In this document: piece after piece, positions 38,503-49,202 of the stretch
Layout of the letters: each line of letters begins with the position of its first letter
How positions within the stretch are numbered: the stretch's first letter is position 1
DNA from: Octopus vulgaris
Lineage: Eukaryota
NCBI GenBank assembly: GCA_951406725.2
Contig: OX597831.1
Coordinates: forward strand, 66,216,001-66,280,000
Direction of reading: 5' to 3'
DNA length: 64,000 nt
The notes under the pieces: model-generated
What the model was told of the DNA's origin: nothing
What the model saw: the letters and a program-made list of their open reading frames with translations, nothing else
Databases searched by the model: none
Made by a program: the position numbers and the translations under genes

Positions 38503-40632
38503 CTGCTAATTAATCGTATGATCCTTGAGAACTGTCACAACAAGCGCAGAAATCTCAGCTCCGCATGGATTGACTATAAAAAGGCCTTCGACAGTATACC
38601 GCATCCATGGATCTTGAGATCGCTGGACATCTTCAAAATTTCCCCTGTGATTTCAAACTTCCTGAAGCACAATATGTCGTTGTGGAATACGAATCTCCAA
38701 TTATACCACTCTAATGGAGTACTTGCCTCAGAAAATATAAACATCGACTGTGGAATTTTTCAAGGTGACTCACTTTCACCTTTAATATTCTGCATAGCCC
38801 TAATACCCCTTACAAGTGAATTAAACAGAACAGGGTATGGGTATAAAATTGCCAATAAAAAAATAAGCCATCTATTTTATATGGATGACTTAAAACTCAA
38901 TGGTAAAGACAATAATGAACTTGAAGGCCTATTGCGCACTGTGAAAGCATTCAGCAATGACATCGGGATGGAGTTTGGACTTGAGAAGTGTGCCAAGGCC
39001 ACTTTCTAGAAAGGGAAAGAGAAGACCACAAATTCAGTCGTGTTAGATGTTGACACAGTCATAAGAGAGCTTGAGCAAGAACAAACATACAAATATTTAG
39101 GGATAAATGAAGGCTCTGGTATTCAGCATGCAAGCATGAAAGAGAAGATCAGGAAGGAATGTTATAGGAGAGTTCGTGCAGTCCTGAAATCTGAACTAAA
39201 TGCACGTAACAAGGTGTTAGCTATAAATTCCTTAGCAGTTCCAGTTGTTACTTATAGCTACAATGTGTTGAACTGGAATATGAGTGAAATAAAGAATATA
39301 GATAGGAAAATACGCAAGCTACTGAGTTGTAATAGGATGCACCACCCAAAGGCAGACGTAGATCGCCTTTACCTTCCCAGAGCCCAAGGAGGTCGAGGCC
39401 TGATCCAGTTTGAACTAGCTTACAAAACAACCACAATTGGACTGGCCAAATATCTCGAAATAACGAATGACTGGATGCTAAAGCTCGTGGAAAATCACGA
39501 GAGACGAAAGAAGCTTCATTCTATCATAAAGGAAAGCAAAAAATTTGCTATTGATCTCGTGCAGGATACCCAAACTGAACAACCCGAGGGAAGTACGGCA
39601 ACTATTGTTGCAAAGAAGGTAAAAATAATGGCAACGAAAAAAGTGCATGAGCAATTGGCTGATAGGTGGGAGGAGAAACCTCTGCACGGCAAATATGTGG
39701 CCCGCAGCAAACAAGCTGATGTTGACCAGAAGCAAACCCATCAGTGGCTACGGAGCTCAGGGTTAAAAGCAGAGAGCGAAGGTTTCATCCTGGCTGCTCA
39801 AGATCAAAGCCTATTAACACGGAACTACCAGGCCAATGTGATGAAAAATGGAGCAGACCCAAAATGCCGATTCTGCAACGACATGATTGAAACAGTGGAC
39901 CACCTAATCTCTGGATGTAAAGTCTTAGCACCAGTGGAGTATAAATTAAGACATGACAGAGTTGGCCAATATCTACACTGGCTAATAAGTCTGCATTACA
40001 ATATCAAAACTGCCGACAAGTGGTATAATCACCACCCTGAGGCTGTAACTGAAGGAGAAAATGTAACCATTCTGTGGGACTTTCCAGTACTGAACCATCA
40101 AGGCCAATAAACCAGATATTGTTGTGAAAGACCAAAACAATAAAGTTTGCTTATTGATCGACATGAGCATCCCCTGTGATCATAATATCTCAGCAAAAGA
40201 AAATATAAAGCTCAGAAAAAGCTCAGAAATATAAGAAATATAAAGCTCAGAAAATATAAAGACCTACTCATTGAAATTGAGAAAATGTGGCATCTCAAGG
40301 TGGTTACAATACCAGTGATCGTAGGAGCATTAGGAATGATCAAGAAGGGAACTGAAAATTATATGAGAATGATCCCTGGCTTACCATCCCTGCAAGAAGT
40401 GCAAAAGATTGTCTTAACTGGTACATCACACGTATTGAGAAGAGCATTGTCGATGTGAGAACTGTTGCTGCTAATGTATTTTAATTTAACTTAAAAAAAA
40501 AAAAAAAAAATGAATGAACTATTGAGTTTGGTTTAATGGCCTACCAATGTATACTATGAGTTTCTTTGCCCTAGGAGTTGGGAAGACACTCGGCAAGAAA
40601 TGGAAGCAAATTTGAAAGAAGAAAAAAAAAAG
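38498..40632 (+). mobile_element. 5'-truncated R4/Dong-clade non-LTR retrotransposon (RT, CCHC finger, restriction-like endonuclease)
   Basis: WIDYKKAFDS, FQGDSLSP, YMDDLKL, CRFC..ETVDHLISGC, RHD, ILWDF and KPDIVV..LIDMSIP..KYKDL motifs; in-frame TAG at 39007 and a frameshift near 40090; (TAA)n on both sides. Confidence 0.9.
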
Positions 40633-40872
40633 TAATAATAATAATAATAATGATGATGATGATGATTTCAAATTTTTCCCACAAGGGCAGCTTGGGAGAG
40701 GGGATTAAGTCGATTACATTGAGCCCAGTGGATAACTGGTATTTATTTAATTGACCCCGAAAGGATGAACAGCAAAGTCCACCTCGACGGAATTTGAATT
40801 CAGAACATAGCGGCAGGCAAAATGCTGCTAAGCCTTTTGCCTGGTGTGCTAACAATTCTGCTAGCTCGCTGC

Positions 40873-40900
40873 CTTAATAATAATAATAATAATAATAATG

Positions 40901-40965
<65 letters not shown>

Positions 40966-41137
40966 TATAGTAATAATAATAATAATAATTATAGTAATAA
41001 TAATAATAATAATAATTATAGTAATAATAATAATAATAATAATAATTATTATTATTAAAGTAATAATAATAATAATATTAATAATAATAATATTAATTAT
41101 AATAATAATAATAATTATAGTAATAATAATAATAATT

Positions 41138-41184
<47 letters not shown>

Positions 41185-41291
41185 TGTAATAATGATAATA
41201 ATAATAATGATAGTTATAATAATAATAATAATAATGATAATAATAATAATTATAGTTATAATAATAATAATAATAATGATAATAATAATAA
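40873..41291. repeat. About 420-bp imperfect (TAA)n array
   Basis: Direct observation. Confidence 0.95.
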
Positions 41292-42263
41292 TCCTTTCTA
41301 CTATAGGCAAAAGGCCTTGAATTTGTGGGGAGGGGTCTAGTCAGTTAGATTCCTCCCAGTGCTCAATTTGCTCATATTTTATCAACCCCAAAAAGATGTT
41401 GAATTTGAAATCAGAACATAAAACCAGAAGAAATTCTGCTGAGCATTTTGTATTTAACATGGTAACAATTCTGTCAGTTTGTCACGTTCGCAGCAACAAC
41501 AACAATAATAGTATGTCTGCCAAGGTGATTGCACAAGTTGGCAGGAAACAGCAAAATTCCACTCGCTGGTATATATTGTCTGCAGACTATACACAGAATA
41601 GGTGTGTATAGTTAAAAAATGCTAAGGTTTATGTTGCAAGTAAAGTACACAAAGTTCAGGCTATTTGATGTATCGGAAGGTCCATAGAATGTGCAAAGTG
41701 CATGACGATGGTGGCAGGAGGATTAAATACTCCACTAAAATTTCCCAGGGATTGGCATGGCAAGAGGACACATACTTATTTCTTTACTACCCACAGGGGG
41801 CTAAACACAGAGAGGACAAACAAGGACGGACAAACGGATTAAGTCGATTATATCGACCCCAGTGCATAACTGGTACTTATTTAATCGACCCGAAAGGATG
41901 AAAGGCAAAGTCGACCTCGGCAGAATTCGAACTCAGAACGTAGCGGCAGATGAAATACCGCTGAGCATTTCACCCGGCGCGCTAACGTTTCTGCCAGCTC
42001 ACCGCAAGAGGACAGGATGACAAGGTGGATAGGATGAAAGAGGTGCAAAAGCAAAGACAAAGTGAAAATTCCGATGTAGGATACAGGACACCTTGCATCA
42101 TTTTTACCTGCACAGTAATACAAGAATATAATAGCAGAGACACCACTGTCACATGCTGTCACATGCTGGGCAAGAGACATGCTATTAAGATCTACTCAGT
42201 TCTGTCAGAAGGTCTGAGACTTCTGTTGGGGATGTCCCTACCCCTACTCAGCAAATCTATATA

Positions 42264-42494
42264 TTTCTTTACTACCCACAAGGGGCTAAACGCAGAGGGG
42301 ACAAACAAGGACAGACAAAGGGATCAAGTCGATTACATCGATCCCAGTGCGTAACTGGTACTTAATTAATCGACCCCGAAAGGATGAAAGGCAAAGTCGA
42401 CCTCGGCGGAATTTGAACTCGGAACGTATCGACTGACGAAATACGGCTACGCATTTCGGCTGGCGTGCTAACGTTACTGCCAGCTCGCCACCTT
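42264..42494 (-). mobile_element. Young SINE family B copy
   Basis: 14-bp TSD agcaaatctatata. Confidence 0.9.
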
Positions 42495-42589
42495 AGCAAA
42501 TCTATATACTGGAGATTTAATTAAATGCTCTTTAGTTATTACGTTTATATATTCATTTTGCAAGATTTTTTATGTGAAATCGTGTGTTG

Positions 42590-42925
42590 AAACAGATGTT
42601 GTATTTCGGAATGGTCATTTTGCCAGTTTAGACAATAAAAACACATGCACTATATATTTGGTGTTACTTTGCTTCAGCGTTATTTATTTTTTACATTAAT
42701 CTTAATCTTATTTCGGCCAGAGTTCTTTCGTCACACTCCTGTGACCGCATCAGTGGTCCTTTGCTTTCTTTTTTGTTATTTGTATCTCTCCTTACTAACT
42801 GTAATAAGATTAAGATTTATGTAAAAAATAAATAATGATGAAGCAAAGTAACACCAAATATATAGTGCGTGTGTTTTTATTGGCTAAACTGGTAAAATGA
42901 CCATTTCTAAATACAACAACATCTT
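42590..42925. mobile_element. Fold-back Penelope-like element with a hammerhead motif (42715-42759, -) in its loop
   Basis: 42593-42711 is inverted at 42804-42923; same family as 17415-17640; core reads CTGATGCG (A9->C). Confidence 0.65.
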
Positions 42926-43194
42926 TAGTTATTATTTTTGCTTAATCTCAGCAGACCTGTTATCAAAGGTTTTCCAAGTGTAACTCCCTCATCTGTGTTT
43001 CAGACAATATTTTAAGTCTGCATTATCTGATGTGTACTTATTTTTTTTAAGACAGTAATTATGATTTCAAACAGATTTGGTTGCTATGTCTAGCAAGTAA
43101 AACAATCATTTAGAAATTCACTCAGTGCCCCATAAGCACATTAAAAATAACTGAGAGTAGAAAAAAATGAAAACTTATCAGATTTATTGATATA

Positions 43195-43592
43195 AGGCGC
43201 AGGAGTGGCTTGTTTACCAACCACATGGTTCCGGGTTCAGTCCCACTGCGTGGCACCTTGGGCAAGTGTCTTCTACTATAGCCTCAGGCCGACCAAAGCC
43301 TTGTGAGTGGATTTGGTAGACGGAAACTGAAAGAAGCCCATCGTATATATGTATATATATATATATATGTGTGCATATATGTTTGTGTGTCTGTGTTTGT
43401 CCCCCCCAACATCGCTTGACAACCGATGCTGGTGTGTTTATGTCCCTGTCACTTAGCAGTTCGGCAAAAGAGACCAATAGAATAAGTACTGGGCTTACAA
43501 AGAATAAGTCCTGGGATCGAGTTGCTCGATTAAAGACGATGCTCCAGCATGGCCACAGTCAAATGACTGAAACAAGTAAAAGAGTAAAGAGT
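43195..43592 (+). mobile_element. SINE family A copy
   Basis: Matches family A. Confidence 0.85.
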
Positions 43593-46037
43593 ATAATCTT
43601 TGGTAAATTTCCATCATACATTTTGGCTTTAATAAAATCATCATTAGTTAAATGTATTTAACATAATATTAAAAGAAGAAATGAAAGTCAGATCTAGACG
43701 TAAATAGCTCGTGTTTGAACCTACAAATAGTGTACAATAATTATTAATTCACTTGAAAGTAATGTTATAATTCAAAAAAGCAAATATGAGTGTATCATTT
43801 TCGCTATCTTTAAAGAATTGCAATTTATAAATTTTAATGAAACTATTCCTAGATATTCTCTATAATAATAAACAAAGCTCTTTATCACCCACCCTTTTAC
43901 CACCCATCATATATTAAATAAGAATAACTAACTCTTCACCTGAAATTCTTGCTTTACTCACTCTTTCCAGAAATTTCAGCTATATTTTATAAATGATATT
44001 GCGCAACTCCTCTAATAGAGTCTGCCGCAATAATGTATTAAATCCTGTTGAATCACATGTCTACAGCGTGCTACTAAGGAAACGTGTCGATATTTCACGT
44101 GTCTTTAGCATTTCGAGTCAACTTTATTTCCTATTTTCCCACAAAAATGTAACTGACCTATAATGACATGTGACAAAAACGTGTTCCAACAATTGACTTG
44201 AACTGTCAATTGAACTGTTTGCCATGTTATATAGAAGATTAAAGGATTTGTGGAAAAGGCGGGGTTACTTCTAATTGTCATTTCCTCATAATATAAATCC
44301 ATTAATAAAAGTTAGTTGACCAGGTTGTTATTTCCTGTTTATATCGAATCTTTCCTAATATTTTTTTTTTTATCAAATTATCTAGATACTAAGGGTTTGG
44401 TATCAAGAATTATCATTTGTGAAACTAAAAGTCAATTAAAATAATGCTACAATAAGTCACATTTAGAATATTTGTACTGTGTCTTCTAAGTTACCCTCTG
44501 CCACGAAATTGCTGGCCTTGTGCCAAAATTTGAAGCCAATATTCAGCTGGCTTCCAGCTGTCCATGTCAGCAAACTTTTGCTCAGGGAAACGCTAGTGAT
44601 CCTACTTGTTACATCTGTGACAAAGACAATTATATTGTGGCTCATTCCACTTTTCCCTTCTTCATTAACAGAAACAAGCAGGTATCCCCACAGTAATTAT
44701 TACTTGGTTAGTAATGCTCGTTAGTTTAAGGTGGTAAAGCTGGCAGAATCATTATCATACCAGACAAAATGCCTAATTGCATTTCTTCTGACTTATAGTT
44801 CAAATGCTGTCAGGGTTGACTTTGCCTTTCATCCCTTTGGGGTCAATAAAATAAGTACCAGTTGAGTACTGAGATTGATGTAATCAACTTACCCTCTCCT
44901 ACGAAATTGCTGGCATTGTACCAAAATTTGAAACCCTTATTCAGACTGCTTCCGGCCCACCATGTCAGCAAGCTTTTGCTCAACCCATACATCAAGGTGA
45001 ACCTGAAGAAAGGAGACATAAAAAAATCATCAAATATAGCCAAAACACCCTGTAGGTGTATCATCATCATCATCATCGTTTAACGTCTGCTTTCCATGCT
45101 AGCATGGGTTGGACGAATGACTGAGAGCTGGTGAACCAGATGGCTGCACCAGGCTCCAGTCTTCATCTGGCAGAGTTTCTACTGCTGGATGCCCTTCCTA
45201 ACGCCAACCACCCCGAGAGTGTAGTGGGTACTTTTTACGTGCCACTGGCACGGAGGCCAGTCAGGCAGCTCTGGCAACAACCTCGCTCGAATCTTTTTAC
45301 ACGTGCCAGTGAAGCGACGTTGGTAACGATCATGCTCGAATGGTGCCCTTTTACATGCCACGGGTATGGAAGCCAGTTGGCTGCTCTGGCAACGATCATG
45401 CTCGGATGGTGCGTATATATGTATATATTAGTTTTCGTATACCTAAATTGATGATGATGATAATAGCACTTATTGAAAATGCTATACACTTGAATAAAAC
45501 CCAGGGATCTTATAGATGCAAAACAAATTTCATAACCATTTAGTCATTCAGTCATATATATTCATATATATAGTGTGTGTATGCATGTATGTGTGTATCA
45601 ATATAAGTCAAGGTAAAAGATGTATATATTTACATCTCACTAATAAAGCGTGTCGTTCCACTTGTATCCAAACAATAGCCGTAAAAACCTTTATGTCACA
45701 ATGAGTAATAAAGGAATATGTTGTCGTGCGAATCACTAATGTTGCTGCTACTGCTGTCAATTGTTATGGAAAACAGTGAATAGTTGATGGGAGGGGTGTA
45801 CATTTTCTCAAGCCAAAACATCTACATCACGTGTTTGACCACCCTTCTCAATCAATAATACATTCCTAAAAGTTTTTTCTTCAAAGCCAGACACAACTTT
45901 ATTTTCTTACATAAAATTCATCAGAATACAACCATCGGTTTTGGCTCCAGCCAGGAAATTTATGGAATTGTTTTAATTAAAGTTTTGTTAAAGCCCTTCT
46001 CAAAGCTTTCTGAAACACTTCACTTCTAAGCAGCAGT

Positions 46038-46101
46038 ATGGTATACTTACGCGATGGTATTTTGTATGTGGAAATGATCGAGGATAAATTCTACCTCAAC
46101 T
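46038..46101 (+). CDS. Candidate alternative first coding exon of PDE4 (MVYLRDGILYVEMIEDKFYLN)
   Basis: Non-repetitive sequence with ATG in strong Kozak context (AGTATGG) and an in-frame TGA upstream at 46011. The phase-1 donor T|gtaagc matches the phase-1 acceptors at 46685 and 60633. Confidence 0.5.
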
Positions 46102-46127
46102 GTAAGCATATTTTTTTTTGCATAATA

Positions 46128-46546
46128 TACTCTTTTACTCTTTTACTCTTTTACTTGTTTCAGTCAATTGACTGCGGCCATGCTGGAGCACCGCCTTTAG
46201 TTGAGCAAATCGACCCGGGACTTATTCTTTATAAGCCCAGTACTTATTCTATCGGTCTCTTTTGCTGAACTGCTAAGTGACGGGGACGTAAACACACCAG
46301 CATCGGTTGTCAAGCGATGCTGAGGGACAAACACAGACACACAAACATATACACACACATACATATATATATATACATATATACGACAGGCATCTTTCAG
46401 TTTCCGTCTACCATATCCACTCACAAGGCTTTGGTCGGCCCGAGGCTATAGCAGAAGACACTTGCCCAGGATGCAACGCAGTGGGACTGAACCCAAGACC
46501 ATGTGGTTGGTTAGCAAGCTACTTACCACACAGCCACTCCTGCACC
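46128..46546 (-). mobile_element. SINE family A copy
   Basis: Matches family A. Confidence 0.88.
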
Positions 46547-46684
46547 TATATAGCCACTCCTGTGCCTATATGCATGTTAGTTACTAATATATCTTGAAAT
46601 TCTTGCATAATTTGTTAAATTAAAGTATATATTGGTAATAGTACTATACAATGCTATTTTTGACTATTTTATTTTTGTCTATAG

Positions 46685-46690
46685 TTGAAG
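46685..46690 (+). CDS. Candidate 6-nt frame-preserving PDE4 microexon (TTGAAG)
   Basis: Long T-rich tract tttttgactattttatttttgtctatag, then TTGAAG, then near-consensus donor AAG|gtaaga. Confidence 0.5.
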
Positions 46691-46992
46691 GTAAGAAGTA
46701 TTTAACTTCTTAACCTGCAATAATCAGTTTAAAAATGCTATCGATGTTCTTATGATTAGCTGAAGTCAGAGAAAATATTTTTGAACATGAATTCCATGTG
46801 TAGACATTGGTAATTGCATCTGAAAATATTTTTTAACATTTTGATTAGAGTAAAGGTCTATATAAGATTTTGTGTGGTGACATGGAATATCAGAATTTTA
46901 GGATTAGGAATCTTAAAAGAACAAAAAAAAAACCCCATTATTTTTGGATTAGGAATCTTAAAAGAACAAAAAAACAAACATTATACACTAAC

Positions 46993-47155
46993 GGCGTAGG
47001 ACTGGCTGTGAGGTAAGTAGCTTACTTACAAACCACGTGGTTCTGGGTTCAGTCTCACTGTGTGGCACCTTGGGCAAGTGTCTTCTACTATAGCCTCGGA
47101 CCAACCAAAAGCCTTGTGAGTGGATTTGGTAGACGGAAACTGAAAGAAGCCCGTC

Positions 47156-47221
<66 letters not shown>

Positions 47222-47417
47222 TTGTCCCCCCAACATTGCTTGACAACCAATGCTGGTGTGTTTACATCCCCATAACTTAGCAGTTCATCAAAAGAGACTG
47301 AGAGAATAAGTACTAGGCTTACAAAGAATAAGTCCTGGGGTCGATTTGCTCGACTAAAGGCGGTGCTCCAGTATGGCCACAGTCAAATGACTGAAACAAG
47401 TAAAAGAGTAAAAAGAG
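46993..47417 (+). mobile_element. SINE family A copy
   Basis: Matches family A. Confidence 0.88.
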
Positions 47418-47800
47418 GTTTCTCTATATCCCTGTGACTGAGTGATTCAGCAAAAGAGATTGATGGAATAAGTACACTACTTTAAAAATTATGTACTGAT
47501 GTTGATTTGTTTGATGAAACCCATCAGGTGGCTTCCTAGCATGGCCACAGTCCAGTGACTAAAACTAGTAAAAGATTTAAAAATATAAAAAAAACTAGTG
47601 CAGTGAGAGTTTGCAATATCATGTGTATAAATTTACTTAATCATTTTGTCAGCTCCATTTAAAAATATATATTTTAGTCATGTGGAAAATAATTCTGGCT
47701 TAAAACTGTGAGAGAACATTCATACATAACAACTAATTGTGCATCATCTATCATCGAACATCTGATCAATCAAAACCATACACTTTCCCTTAATGGGATT

Positions 47801-48063
47801 GTGTATATATATATATATATATATATTTATACATGCATGCAAGCATATATATATATATTTCTTTACTACCCACAAGGGGCTAAACACAGAGGGGACAAAC
47901 AAGGACAGGCAAGGAGATGAAGTCGATTACATCGCCCCCAGTGCATAAATTAAGTACCAGTTACGCACTGGGGTTGAATCTCTTTGTCTGTCCTTGTTTG
48001 TCCCCTCTGTGTTTAGCCCCTTGTGGGTAGTAAAGAAATATATATATATGCTTGCATGCATGC

Positions 48064-48125
<62 letters not shown>
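47801..48125. repeat. Long quasi-palindrome built from a SINE B 3' half plus flank
   Basis: About 47803-47918 is the reverse complement of about 47978-48095. Confidence 0.9.
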
Positions 48126-48132
<7 letters not shown>

Positions 48133-48657
48133 CATACATATACACACATACACACAATCTCATCTAGAAAAAATGTAAAAAGTAAATATATATTCATGTT
48201 ATTACATTCACACACACACACACACATGCTCACATGAATACACATACACACTGACTCGCTCACACACATACACACTCACTCACTTGCACACAAATATATG
48301 TATATTTATACATAGAAGTTTGACTAAAGGCAGTGACAATTTGAACAAAAGAACAGAATTGTAGTAGCTTGTATGCATGAGGCCAGGTGTCTCTTATCTA
48401 AATACCAGTTTCCTTGAATTTCATCCTGGCTCAGAGACAAATATTAGTTTTGATATATATTAAATAAATATAACTGATAAAGTGATAGTAGATATTTTTT
48501 CTTCATTTGATTATCATAATTCAACAGCCTTATACCTTCATTCTCTTACATGAATTCTATCCTTATGATCTTTTTTATTAATTCTTCATTCTGAATTTTC
48601 CCTTCATTTTTTAAATTCCTCTCTAATAATCCCAAAACAAATTATTAACATCCAATA

Positions 48658-49062
48658 GGCGCAGGAGTGGCTGTGTGGTAAGTAGCTTGCTAATCAACCA
48701 CATGGTTCCGGGTTCAGTCCCACTGCGTGGCATCTTGGGCAAGTGTCTTCTGCTATAGCCTCGGGCTGACCAATGCCTTGTGAGTGGATTTGGTAGACGG
48801 AAACTGAAAGAAGCTTGTCATATATGTGTATATATATATATGTATATGTGTGTGTGTGTGTTTGCGTTTGTCCCCCTAGCATTGCTTGACAGCCGATGCT
48901 GGTGTGTTTACGTCCCTGTCACTTAGTGGTTCGGCAAAAGAGACCGATAGAATAAGTACTGGGCTTACAAAGAATAAGTCCCGGGGTCGATTTGCTCGAC
49001 TAAAAGCGGTGCTCCAGCATGGCCACAGTCAAATGACTGAAACAAGTAAAAGAGTAAAAGAG
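48658..49062 (+). mobile_element. SINE family A copy
   Basis: Matches family A. Confidence 0.88.
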
Positions 49063-49158
49063 TATCCAAATTACTTGATCTTTTAGAAATAATTTAGGAG
49101 GTTTTTCCCTTATTATTTCATCATTATTTTTAATAATTATCAACTTTAACCTCTTAGT

Positions 49159-49159
<1 letters not shown>

Positions 49160-49202
<43 letters not shown>

